Shown piece after piece: positions 1-7,776 of a stretch of 32,000 nucleotides of DNA. A model generated the notes under the pieces. The model ran no database searches. It worked only from the letters and a program-made list of their open reading frames with translations, and was not told the origin of the DNA. Source of the stretch: an uncultured Chloroflexia bacterium (GTDB taxonomy: Bacteria > Chloroflexota > Ktedonobacteria > Ktedonobacterales > JADMIN01); NCBI GenBank assembly GCA_963718915.1, contig CAVRAI010000003.1:270001-302000 (forward strand), written 5' to 3'. Positions within the stretch are counted from its first letter, which is position 1; each line of letters opens with the position of its first letter. Made by a program: the position numbers and the translations under genes.

Positions 1-578
1 GCATAGGTCAGGCCGTACTGTTGCTCAAAATCCTCATGGCGAATCACGTCATAGTAGATGACCCGCATCTCGAAGCCACGGGCGCGTTTGGCCATCTCGA
101 CGCCGATACGTCCCAGCCCCACCAGGCCGAGCGTCGCGTGATGCACGTCGTGGCCAAGCAGCAGCATCGGCCCCCAGGTCTTCCACCTGTCCGCCCGCAC
201 GTAGTCCGCTCCCTCGACGATACGGCGCGCCGAGGCCATCAGCAACGCGAAGGCAAAGTCCGCCGTCGTCTCGGTGAGCACGCCCGGCGTGTTGCCCATC
301 AGAATGCCGCGGCTACTGCCCGCCGGAATATCGAGGTTGTCGAAGCCGACGGCGTAGTTGCTCACGACGCGCAGACGCGGGCAGGCGTCCATCAGCTCGC
401 CGTCGATCTTATCGGTGAGCAGGCTGACCAGCCCATCGGCGTCGCGGGTCTCGCGCAGGATCACCTCACGCGAGGGCGGCAATTCATCTTCCCAGACGGT
501 GGCGTCGCAGAACGCGCGAATCTGATCAAGCCCTTCATTGGGGATAACGCGCGTGACAAAGACCTTTGGCTTGCCCAT
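1..578 (-). CDS. D-isomer-specific 2-hydroxyacid dehydrogenase (glyoxylate/hydroxypyruvate reductase-like), N-terminal part; continues off the left edge
   Basis: Absent from the ORF track because it is open at the window edge. Reverse-strand translation from the ATG (complement of 576-578) reads [24 protein letters not shown]...[13 protein letters not shown]...[25 protein letters not shown]...[17 protein letters not shown]. These are the family substrate-domain motifs plus a GxGxxG NAD fold. The + ORF 21..671 is its antisense shadow. Confidence 0.85.
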   Translation of the reverse strand, partial: MGKPKVFVTRVIPNEGLDQIRAFCDATVWEDELPPSREVILRETRDADGLVSLLTDKIDGELMDACPRLRVVSNYAVGFDNLDIPAGSSRGILMGNTPGVLTETTADFAFALLMASARRIVEGADYVRADRWKTWGPMLLLGHDVHHATLGLVGLGRIGVEMAKRARGFEMRVIYYDVIRHEDFEQQYGLTY

Positions 579-650
579 ACGTACGACTCCTCTATTCCTG
601 TTCTTTCAAGAATGGCCCTATCCGACTCCAGCGGCGGATCGTGGCGCGGC

Positions 651-678
651 GCGCGTGACGAGCGCGCGTGACGAGCGC
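651..678. repeat. Short tandem repeat, 11-bp unit GCGCGTGACGA x2 plus a partial third
   Basis: gcgcgtgacga (651-661) is followed directly by gcgcgtgacga (662-672) and then gcgcgg. It lies in the 440-bp divergent intergenic region between the dehydrogenase start and the next + strand gene. Confidence 0.6.
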
Positions 679-1020
679 GGCTCCGTCTTCCAGTGTACTC
701 CACACGGTAGCTCTCTGCGCGATACTTCTAGGATTGCCGCTCTCCACGTCAAGATACTATTCGTCACCCTGCTTGGTATTCCAAGCGGCGCTTTGGGATA
801 CACTGTCTTCTGATAACACGGTCGGAATCCTCTTCATTGTATGCATTTGTGGTGCTTTGGCTGCGTCCTAATCGTATGAAATGACACAACAGCAGTGGGA
901 CGGCGCGTGGCGTCGTCTTCCACGGGAATAATTAGCAGGTGTTCGGCGCTGTGCGGGAGATTGTTAGCGCCTGCGTGGATGAACAGGCGCACTGGGGCTG
1001 AGAGAAGGGCAGAGCGTGTG

Positions 1021-2772
1021 ATGGAGAGCAGCAATTCGGGATACGCCAGCAGATCACCACAATCCGCATTCTCGTCATCGTTGCGGCGCAGAGACGACCA
1101 GGCGACGCCCCCGCCCGCGCAACGTCGCGCCTTCCGGCGTCTGCATGCCCAGCAACAGTTTTTGCCGCTACTCATCCTGACGATTGCGCTGATGTTGCTC
1201 GTGGTCATTGCGACTGGCTACGTGGCCGCGCGCGCCAACGCAATCAGCAGCGCCGAAGCGACCGCCCGATCCAATGCCCAACTCGCCCGCGAAGTGGTGA
1301 GCGAACGCGGCCAATTCCCCGCGCTTGCCAATAATCAACTGGTGGCAAGCACTGGTACCAGCAACTACGCCCTGGTCAATGATACCTGGGTGGTCGACCA
1401 CGTGCGCCAGTTGACTGGCGATCAGACGGTGATCTATCAACTCATCGCTACCAACACCAGCCCGTCCTCATTACAGGCAATCTCCTCCAATATGCGCAGG
1501 TTCGACGCGCAGGGCCACCCTATCGCCAACACCCGCGCCACCGGCCAGACGATGCCGACAAACGCGCAGTCCGCGATCTTTGGCGCGTGCGGCCAGATCA
1601 CCGACAGCGCCGCCTGTTACGGCATCTTCAGCGGCGAGGTGACAATTGCTGGTGTGAGCTACGTCGCCGCATTCGAGCCATTGGTAGATCAGGGCGGCCA
1701 ACTGGTGGGCGCCGTCGGCGTGCTCATGCCACTGGACGACGTGCTGGCGCCGCCGAAACAACTGGCGATTATGCTGCTGATGATGGGGCTGCTCGTCGGA
1801 TTGATCGCGCTGGTCACGGGCACATGGCTGGCCAGCCGCACTCCCAACCGCCTGCTGGCGCAACTCGATGGCCAGCTCGACGTGATGGCGGGCGCCGCCA
1901 CCGAACTGGGACGGCTGGCGCACCAGCAGCAGTTCCGATTGCAACGTCAGCAGCGCACCGCGCGCCAGGTGGGCGAGCACGCGCGCAGGTTGGAGGCGCT
2001 TGCCGCGGATATGGATAGCGGGCAGACAGCGTTACAGCAGACCACGACAGCGATCTGGGCGGAGATGTCGCAGCCAGGCATCGCCACCAATGCGGCGATG
2101 GCGCTCCGGCTGGCGCGCGAGGCGGCGGTGCGGGCGTCGGAGGTGGGCACGACGGGCGATGAGACGCGGACACACGCGCGACACGTCATCGCGCTGATGA
2201 ATCAGGTGATTGCGGAAGGGCGCGCGCTGGCGCAGGAGGGACAGGAGGCCGAAAGCCACGCCAACGAGCTGGCGGCAACCCTGAACCGCATGGAGACCGA
2301 CCTCGGCGAACAGCTTGTGCCGCGCCGCTACGATCTCGGCAGCACCCCGCTCATCCGCCGCATTTCCGACGCCTCGCACCGGATACGCCAGATGCTCCAG
2401 CTCGACGAGAATACCTCGGCGCGTCCGCGCAAACCGACCGCGAGCCGCCCAACGCATGGCCGAAGCGGACCAATGAGTACGACCCGCGCCAGGCTGTCTG
2501 GATTGCCGCCGCACAGTGGTTCAGGGCGCTCGCCCTCCACATCCTTCCGTGGCCATGAGCTATGGGGCGGCTTCCCTCGAGGCAGTGAGCCTGGTTATCC
2601 GCCGCCATCCGCCAATCCCAATGCGTCGGGAAGTCGGCGCGGCGGGCGACGACCGGCGGGCGATCAGTCGCCACCACCTCCGGGTGGACTGCCACCACTA
2701 GGCCGTTTCGACGATGATCTGCCGCCGGGTGGGCCTGGTGGGTCGAGTGACAACCGCTGGCTAAACGAATAA
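1021..2772 (+). CDS. Membrane-anchored sensor-like protein: TM, periplasmic Cache-like domain, TM, cytoplasmic coiled coil, Pro/Gly-rich tail
   Basis: From ORF 895..2772. The start is ambiguous; I chose the ATG at 1021 (MESSNSG...). Two hydrophobic segments (LPLLILTIALMLLVVIATGYV and LAIMLLMMGLLVGLIALVTGTWL) flank about 190 aa of mixed alpha/beta-looking sequence. Next comes a long Q/A/R/E-rich heptad-like region, then a PPPSANP...PPPPGGLPP tail. No MCP signalling hairpin or kinase motif is recognisable. Confidence 0.55.
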   Translation: MESSNSGYASRSPQSAFSSSLRRRDDQATPPPAQRRAFRRLHAQQQFLPLLILTIALMLLVVIATGYVAARANAISSAEATARSNAQLAREVVSERGQFPALANNQLVASTGTSNYALVNDTWVVDHVRQLTGDQTVIYQLIATNTSPSSLQAISSNMRRFDAQGHPIANTRATGQTMPTNAQSAIFGACGQITDSAACYGIFSGEVTIAGVSYVAAFEPLVDQGGQLVGAVGVLMPLDDVLAPPKQLAIMLLMMGLLVGLIALVTGTWLASRTPNRLLAQLDGQLDVMAGAATELGRLAHQQQFRLQRQQRTARQVGEHARRLEALAADMDSGQTALQQTTTAIWAEMSQPGIATNAAMALRLAREAAVRASEVGTTGDETRTHARHVIALMNQVIAEGRALAQEGQEAESHANELAATLNRMETDLGEQLVPRRYDLGSTPLIRRISDASHRIRQMLQLDENTSARPRKPTASRPTHGRSGPMSTTRARLSGLPPHSGSGRSPSTSFRGHELWGGFPRGSEPGYPPPSANPNASGSRRGGRRPAGDQSPPPPGGLPPLGRFDDDLPPGGPGGSSDNRWLNE

Positions 2773-2795
2773 TCGCCGCCAGCTCGCCTTTCCTC

Positions 2796-2824
2796 TTGAC
2801 GCGCGTGATTTCCACGAGTACGCT
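2796..2824 (+). promoter_or_regulatory. Candidate sigma-70-type promoter for purE
   Basis: TTGACG (2796-2801), 17-nt spacer, TACGCT (2819-2824). It lies about 35 nt upstream of the purE ATG, which is preceded by GGGGAAAGGA. Confidence 0.35.
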
Positions 2825-2860
2825 GGATATATTGGGGGATTGGGGAAAGGATGAGAACGG

Positions 2861-3361
2861 ATGGCAGCGCTGGTAGGCATCGTGATGGGCAGCGACTCTG
2901 ACCTGCCGACCATGCAAGGCTCGGCGGAGATGTGCGAGCGTTTTCGCGTCGAATATGAAATGCGTATTATCTCGGCGCACCGCACGCCCGACGACATGGC
3001 GGAATATGGCCGCACGGCCCATGCGCGCGGGCTGCGTGTCATCATCGCGGGCGCGGGTGGCGCGGCGCACCTGCCTGGCATGCTGGCGGCCCATACCCCG
3101 CTGCCGGTGATTGGCGTGCCGGTGCCAGCAGAGTTCCTGCGCGGGCTGGATTCGCTGCTTTCGATTGTCCAGATGCCCCAGGGGGTTCCAGTGGCGACGG
3201 TGGCCATCGGCAACTCACGCAACGCGGGCCTGCTGGCGGTGCGCATCCTGGCGGCGAGCGATCCCAACCTGCAACAGCAGATGATCGCTTATCAGGCAGA
3301 GATGGCCATCGCCTCGCGCAAGAAGAACATCGCGCTACGCGACCAGCAGTCCGGCGGCTAG
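2861..3361 (+). CDS. purE: 5-(carboxyamino)imidazole ribonucleotide mutase PurE
   Basis: The 166-aa product carries the PurE hallmarks: [35 protein letters not shown] and PVIGVPV. Confidence 0.95.
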   Translation: MAALVGIVMGSDSDLPTMQGSAEMCERFRVEYEMRIISAHRTPDDMAEYGRTAHARGLRVIIAGAGGAAHLPGMLAAHTPLPVIGVPVPAEFLRGLDSLLSIVQMPQGVPVATVAIGNSRNAGLLAVRILAASDPNLQQQMIAYQAEMAIASRKKNIALRDQQSGG

Positions 3362-3392
3362 CCACCTTCGCCCGCACTCGCCTGGTCGCTAT

Positions 3393-3435
3393 TGTGGACA
3401 ACCCCGGTGGATAACTCTCCCCACTTTGTGGATAA
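3393..3435. promoter_or_regulatory. Cluster of three same-orientation DnaA-box-like 9-mers
   Basis: TGTGGACAA (3393-3401, 1 mismatch), GGTGGATAA (3406-3414, 1 mismatch) and TGTGGATAA (3427-3435, perfect complement of TTATCCACA). All three read the same way. A relatively AT-richer stretch (3436-3500) follows. Confidence 0.5.
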
Positions 3436-3513
3436 CGTGTACTTTGGGGAGTTTTGCAAACATTGGCGCTTTCTCGTTTGTGATATTATACGCCCGGTTA
3501 CCCGATCTGATGA

Positions 3514-3595
3514 GCCGAAGTGGCGGAACTGGCAGACGCGCATGTCTGAGGGGCATGTTCCTTCGGGAGTGGGGGTTCAAATCCCCCCTTCGGCA
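3514..3595 (+). tRNA. tRNA-Leu (anticodon GAG), class II with long variable arm
   Basis: Hand-folded. Acceptor GCCGAAG/CTTCGGC; D arm GCG..CGC. Anticodon stem CATGT/GCATG with loop CTGAGGG, giving anticodon GAG. Variable arm TCC-TTCG-GGA. T arm GGGGG-TTCAAAT-CCCCC. Discriminator A. CCA is not encoded (next bases are ccg). Confidence 0.9.
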
Positions 3596-3737
3596 CCGGT
3601 GTAATGCATTGAATATCTCGGAGTTCTCTGCCACGGAACTAGCCGCGTAGCACCCCATCTACTGCACTGCGGCAGCCCGACCGGCTATCCCCTGTGCTAT
3701 TTCCCAGTGAACTGCGCCACACCACCGTCTCGTCACA

Positions 3738-3767
3738 TTGACATCGCGCGTTATGCGCAACTACAAT
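3738..3767 (+). promoter_or_regulatory. Near-consensus sigma-70-type promoter facing into the 3' end of the tnpB element
   Basis: TTGACA (3738-3743), 18-nt spacer, TACAAT (3762-3767). There is no + strand gene downstream until the PAP2-like gene at about 5209, on the far side of the IS. Confidence 0.45.
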
Positions 3768-3869
3768 GACTCTGCGCCGCCTCCGACTTCTCGCGGGCGG
3801 CGTACGCGCGCCATACAGGTATGTTGCCAAGAGCGTGCCAGAATCCAGAAAGTTGGCGAACGAAGCACG

Positions 3870-4060
3870 CCCCGCGCGAAGGAGTTGTGATTGACACTCC
3901 CCACGCCTGAAGGCGGGGGATTCCTACTTCACTGAGACGCGCCAACGCGGGCAGGACGAACCGAAGCCCTTGTTGGTCTTACCGTCTCTCCATAGGCTGA
4001 GACCGTGAGCCCCACGGCCAAAATGTTCTTGGCGGCGTTTACGTCGCGGTCATGGACACT
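3870..4060 (-). ncRNA. Putative TnpB guide RNA (omega-RNA / reRNA) scaffold overlapping the tnpB 3' end; boundaries approximate
   Basis: Call rests on position: in IS200/IS605 elements the omega-RNA spans the tnpB 3' end and the right end of the element. An imperfect hairpin sits 10 nt past the stop codon (3899-3919; minus strand CCCCCGCC-UUCA-GGCGUGGGG) and is followed by GAGUGUCAAUCAC. The exact 3' end and the guide were not determined. Confidence 0.4.
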
Positions 4061-5219
4061 CCCGCAGGCGAGGCATGTCCAGTGGCGTACATCAAGCGCC
4101 AAGGAGTCAAGAATATGCCCGCACACATGACACCGCTTACTACTGGGATACCAGCGGTCAATCTTGACCAGGGTGCGCCCGTACCAGGCGGCTTTGTACT
4201 CCAACTGGCGAATGAACTCCCCCCAGCCGACATCATGAATGGCCTTCGCCAAGGTCGGATGCTTCTCCATCGCCTTCACCCACAAACTCTCGATGCAAAT
4301 CGTTTGGTTCTCACGGATGATGCGGGTCGAGAGTTTGTGGGTGAAATCACGGCGACGATCAGCAATACGGGCATGAATGCGCGCCACCTTACGGCGCGCT
4401 TTGTCGCGGTTCTTGGAACCACGTTGTTTCTTGGCCAGACGCCGCTGGGCTTGCGCCAGCTCCTTTTCATCCTGGGCAAAGAAGCGCGGGTTGCCCACCT
4501 TCTCGCCACTATTCAGTACGACCATGTCATGCAGGCCCAAATCGATCCCAACTTGCCCTGTGGTGAGGGGCAACGGCGCAATCTCCTCTTCGATCAGGAT
4601 GCTGACGAAGTAGCGCCCAGCGGTATCGCGGCTGACGGTGATGGTGGTTGGCGTCACCCCCTCCGGCAAGGGACGCGACCAGTGGATGTGCAGCGGGGTA
4701 TCCATCTTGGCGAGAGTCAGCGTGCGCTCGGAAGCATCCCAGCGGAAGGCGGAGGTAGTGTATTCCGCCGATTGCGCACCGTGTTTCTTGTGGAAGGTGG
4801 GGTATTTGGCGCGCCCTGCGAAGAAGTTGCGAAACGCGCGGTCGAGATGTCGGAGCGCCTGCTGTGTCGGCACACTCGACACCTCATTCAACCACGCCGT
4901 GGTTGGCTCTCGTTTCAGGGAGGTGAGCGCCGCCGAGGTCTCGTGGTAGCCGAGGCGTTCCTGGCGGTCATAGTAGGCGTCCGTGCGCAACCGGAGCGCC
5001 CAGTTGTAGACGAAACGTGCACAGCCGAACGTTCGCGCCAGCACAGCGGCTTGCGTGGGAGTCGGATAGCAGCGGTAGCGATAGGCGCGTTTCTGGTTCA
5101 TGTGTTCACATTCTATTATAAAACGTGTAAAATGGAAATCCAGTAGGAAGAAAGGAGACGGCGCTTCCTCCCATGCTTGAATGCAGGGGTATCCGCGCCG
5201 GAGATTTGATGAGCATGGG
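3885..5219 (-). mobile_element. tnpA-less IS200/IS605-family (IS1341-like) element; ends not resolved
   Basis: Contains tnpB plus a right-end hairpin at 3899-3919. Near the presumed left end there is an 8-bp inverted repeat, CCCATGCT (5170-5177) / AGCATGGG (5212-5219). No Y1 transposase (tnpA) ORF is present. It lies 290 bp from the tRNA-Leu 3' end. Confidence 0.5.
3929..5101 (-). CDS. tnpB: IS200/IS605-family accessory protein TnpB (RNA-guided RuvC-like endonuclease, IS1341-type)
   Basis: From ORF 3929..5251; true start taken at MNQKRAYRYRCYPT (ATG at 5101). It has the typical N-terminus (YRYRCYPTPTQ...F.CARFVYNWAL). RuvC motifs are GIDLGL (D), ICIESL (E) and HDRDVNAAKNI (D). The zinc ribbon is CHVCGH...CLACG. 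TATAAT lies 13 nt upstream of the ATG. Confidence 0.93.
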   Translation of the reverse strand: MNQKRAYRYRCYPTPTQAAVLARTFGCARFVYNWALRLRTDAYYDRQERLGYHETSAALTSLKREPTTAWLNEVSSVPTQQALRHLDRAFRNFFAGRAKYPTFHKKHGAQSAEYTTSAFRWDASERTLTLAKMDTPLHIHWSRPLPEGVTPTTITVSRDTAGRYFVSILIEEEIAPLPLTTGQVGIDLGLHDMVVLNSGEKVGNPRFFAQDEKELAQAQRRLAKKQRGSKNRDKARRKVARIHARIADRRRDFTHKLSTRIIRENQTICIESLWVKAMEKHPTLAKAIHDVGWGEFIRQLEYKAAWYGRTLVKIDRWYPSSKRCHVCGHILDSLALDVRHWTCLACGSVHDRDVNAAKNILAVGLTVSAYGETVRPTRASVRPARVGASQ

Positions 5220-5829
5220 CCTGGAGAAGACGACATCAACCAAAGAGCCACAGCGGCACGTCTTCGCGCGGTGGGTATCGGCCATCATTCACCCCATCGC
5301 TTTTCCGCTGCTGACACTGGGCGTCGTCACCTACATCGCCACCGCCTCATTCGCCGAGACCTCGCGCTGGCTGCTGCTGGCCATCGCCCTGACCTCCCTG
5401 CCGGTCGCCGTGCTGGTGGGCATTCAGGTGTTGCGCGGGCGCTGGACCGATCTCGACGTCAGTGTGCGCCGCCAGCGCTATGCCCTCTATCCATTTGGCC
5501 TCGTCTGTCTGCTGGCGCTCATCCTCATCTTCGCCCACTTCGGCGCGCCATCTGTCGCCATCCGCACGATGAGCGCGTTTGCCATCGCCAACACCGTTGA
5601 CGCGGGCATCAACTTCTTCTATAAGGTCAGCGCGCATGCCACCGGGGCCGCCGCCTGCGCCACCATGCTCTCGCTTGGCGCAACCCCTGCCTGGGGCATC
5701 GCCGCCTCATGCGCCGCGCTGCTGGTCGGCTGGTCGCGCGTCGAGCTGGGACGCCACACGCGCGGGCAGGTGCTGCTGGGCTGGGGCGTCGGCGTGCTCA
5801 GCTCGGTGGTCGCCTTCGCTGTCCGGTAG
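5209..5829 (+). CDS. PAP2-superfamily-like integral membrane protein (phosphatase fold, variant motif)
   Basis: From ORF 5173..5829; the start is ambiguous (ATG at 5209 or 5215). About six hydrophobic helices. KVSAHATG resembles the PSGH motif. SRVELGRHTRGQ matches SRx5Hx3(D) with Q in place of the final D. Confidence 0.55.
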   Translation: MSMGLEKTTSTKEPQRHVFARWVSAIIHPIAFPLLTLGVVTYIATASFAETSRWLLLAIALTSLPVAVLVGIQVLRGRWTDLDVSVRRQRYALYPFGLVCLLALILIFAHFGAPSVAIRTMSAFAIANTVDAGINFFYKVSAHATGAAACATMLSLGATPAWGIAASCAALLVGWSRVELGRHTRGQVLLGWGVGVLSSVVAFAVR

Positions 5830-5877
5830 TTTTGCCGCCTTTGGCCTTTCGGGGATATGTCGCAGGTGGAGTTCATA

Positions 5878-6663
5878 ATGCGCCTTCAGCACGAAGAAAC
5901 GGTCCGGCGGCTTATCGCTCGCTACGGGAACGACCCCCGCTACCCCGCGCTGATTGTCGGCGGATCCGTAGCGAAGGGCTGGGCCAGCGACGACTCCGAT
6001 GTCGATATTCTGCTGGTCGCCACCGATGAGGAGTACGCGGCGAGCCTCGCAACTGGCGAGGTCGGCTATTTCAATCAGGAGCTGGCCGACTATCCCGGCG
6101 GCTACGTGGATGGCAAGATCATCAACGTCGCCTATCTGGAGGAGGTCGCCGACCACGGCAGCGAACCCGCACGCGCAGCCTTCCTGGGAGCCATCATCGC
6201 CTATACGCGCATTCCCGATCTGGATGCCCTCGTCGCGCGGATCGCCGTCTATCCCGAGCACGAGCGCGCCGCGAAGATGCGGGCGTTCGCCAGCCATATG
6301 ACACTGCTGTACTGGTACATGGGCGAGGCGGAGAAGCGGCACGATCCCTACCTGCTTTCGTGGGCGGCCAACAACCTCGTCCTCTATGGAGGACGGCTGA
6401 TCCTCGCGCACAATCGCCTGTTGTATCCTTACCATAAGTGGTTCATGAGACAGTTATCGCTAGCGCCTGACAAGCCCGCAGATATGCTGGCGCTCGCCGA
6501 GGCGGTGTTGAAACATCCTAGCCGCGAGACGGCGCTTGACTTCTATACAGCGGTCAACACCTTCCAGGATTGGAGCGTCTCACTGCATCAGGCGGGCGCC
6601 GACTTCATCCGGCAGACCGAGTGGAACTGGCGCGACGGGCGTCCGCCGCTGCCGGACTGGTAG
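5878..6663 (+). CDS. Nucleotidyltransferase-fold protein (KNTase/aminoglycoside-NTase-like N domain plus helical C domain)
   Basis: Start chosen at ATG 5878 (GGTGGAG 8 nt upstream). The pol-beta-type NTase signature is GGSVAKGWASDDSDVDILLV (GS...DxD). A helical C-terminal half follows. The stop is 35 nt before the WYL regulator start. Confidence 0.7.
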   Translation: MRLQHEETVRRLIARYGNDPRYPALIVGGSVAKGWASDDSDVDILLVATDEEYAASLATGEVGYFNQELADYPGGYVDGKIINVAYLEEVADHGSEPARAAFLGAIIAYTRIPDLDALVARIAVYPEHERAAKMRAFASHMTLLYWYMGEAEKRHDPYLLSWAANNLVLYGGRLILAHNRLLYPYHKWFMRQLSLAPDKPADMLALAEAVLKHPSRETALDFYTAVNTFQDWSVSLHQAGADFIRQTEWNWRDGRPPLPDW

Positions 6664-6698
6664 CCTCTGAGAAGTGGCCTGCATCTGGATCAACTGCC

Positions 6699-7652
6699 AT
6701 GAATAGAACCGACCGACTGCTCGCCATCGTGCTGGAGCTACAGGGCAAGGGATGGCAGCGGGCCGAGGATCTCGCCGAGACCTTCGAGACCAGCAAACGC
6801 ACCATCTACCGCGATATGCTGGCGCTGGGCGAGGCGGGCGTGCCCGTCGTCTCGATTCCGGGGCGCGGCTACTCGCTGGTCGAGGGCTACTTTCTGCCGC
6901 CGCTCTCCTTCACCGCCGATGAGGCGACGATGCTGCTGCTCGGCAGCGACGTGATGGCGCAGAGCTTCGACGTGCAGTACCGCGCGGCGGCGGAGTCCGC
7001 GGGCCGCAAGATCACTGGCGTGTTGCCAGAGCGGCTGCGCGAGGATGTGCGGGCGCTGCGCGAGCGAATCGCCTTCATCCGCCAGAATATCAGCGCAACG
7101 CCTGATGAATCGCAGCGGCTGCTGATCCTGCGACGCGCCATGCTTGACAACCATCAGGTGCGTTTCAGCTACTTCGCCCGCTCCCATGCCGATGGCGCGC
7201 AGACGCCGACGACACGCACCGTCCATCCCTACGCCCTGGCGCATGTGCGCAACGTCTGGTACCTCACCGCCTGGGACACCTCGCGCCGCGATGTGCGCCG
7301 CTTCCGCCTCGCGCGGATGGATGACCTCTGCCCGCTGGATGAGACATTCGCCCGCCCGGCAGGTTTCCAGACGATGCGGCGCGAGCTAGGCCCCGAGGAG
7401 ACCATCGTCGTTCGTGTGCTGCTGGATCACGAGGTGGCGCGCTGGGCGCGGGAAGAGCCGTCATACTTCCGCGTCGCGGAGGAAGAGACACCTGACGGGC
7501 TGCTGGTGACACTGCACGTGCCCGACGAGAAGGTTATCACGCAGTGGCTGCTTGGCTGGGGCCGCCATCTGCGCGTGCTGGAACCGGAGTCGCTGCGCCA
7601 GCATATCGCCGCCGAGGCAGACGCCATGCTGCGCCGCCACCAATCGCACTGA
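6699..7652 (+). CDS. HTH-WYL-WCX transcriptional regulator (PafBC/BrxR/DriD-type architecture)
   Basis: True start at MNRTDRLLAIVLELQ (ATG 6699). N-terminal winged HTH (RAEDLAETFETSKRTIYRDMLAL..AGVPV). The WYL domain contains VHPYALAHVRNVWYLTAWD...RRFRLARM. A C-terminal extension follows. Confidence 0.85.
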   Translation: MNRTDRLLAIVLELQGKGWQRAEDLAETFETSKRTIYRDMLALGEAGVPVVSIPGRGYSLVEGYFLPPLSFTADEATMLLLGSDVMAQSFDVQYRAAAESAGRKITGVLPERLREDVRALRERIAFIRQNISATPDESQRLLILRRAMLDNHQVRFSYFARSHADGAQTPTTRTVHPYALAHVRNVWYLTAWDTSRRDVRRFRLARMDDLCPLDETFARPAGFQTMRRELGPEETIVVRVLLDHEVARWAREEPSYFRVAEEETPDGLLVTLHVPDEKVITQWLLGWGRHLRVLEPESLRQHIAAEADAMLRRHQSH

Positions 7653-7677
7653 ATATTCGAACCACCCCATCCGCTAC

Positions 7678-7713
7678 TGACATACTGTTGTCACTCGTCC
7701 CTGTCATACTGTT
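7678..7713 (+). promoter_or_regulatory. 12-bp direct repeats with an embedded TGTCA-N11-CATACT promoter-like motif upstream of the VOC gene
   Basis: TGACATACTGTT (7678-7689) and TGTCATACTGTT (7702-7713) match at 11 of 12 positions and are 24 bp apart. TTGTCA (7688-7693) is separated by 11 nt from CATACT (7705-7710). Confidence 0.35.
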
Positions 7714-7776
7714 CTCAGAGCCAGGGAGATGTCCTCCCGATGGCCGATGAGAACCGGAATGGAAGGAACAACAACG

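Noticed and set aside
21-671. 216-aa + strand ORF at the left edge
   Set aside because: It is the antisense shadow of the well-supported minus-strand 2-hydroxyacid dehydrogenase. The product is Arg/His/Ala-rich with no recognisable motifs.
3392-3604. 70-aa ORF covering the DnaA-box cluster and the tRNA
   Set aside because: It runs straight through tRNA-Leu and the box cluster, and nothing supports it as coding.
4052-5146. 364-aa + strand ORF opposite tnpB
   Set aside because: It lies fully inside tnpB on the other strand. tnpB has clear family motifs and this ORF has none.
5225-5245. TTGAT on the minus strand near the presumed IS left end, matching the ISDra2 TAM
   Set aside because: A 5-mer match is expected by chance and the element's end is not defined. 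The TAM must come from aligning multiple copies.
5878-7652. NTase plus WYL regulator read as a CBASS-like (CD-NTase + CapW) defence operon
   Set aside because: There is no effector gene (phospholipase, endonuclease, TM or TIR) in the cluster. The NTase is short, with a KNTase/DUF4037-like helical C-domain rather than a CD-NTase look. I retained it only as an open question in the findings.
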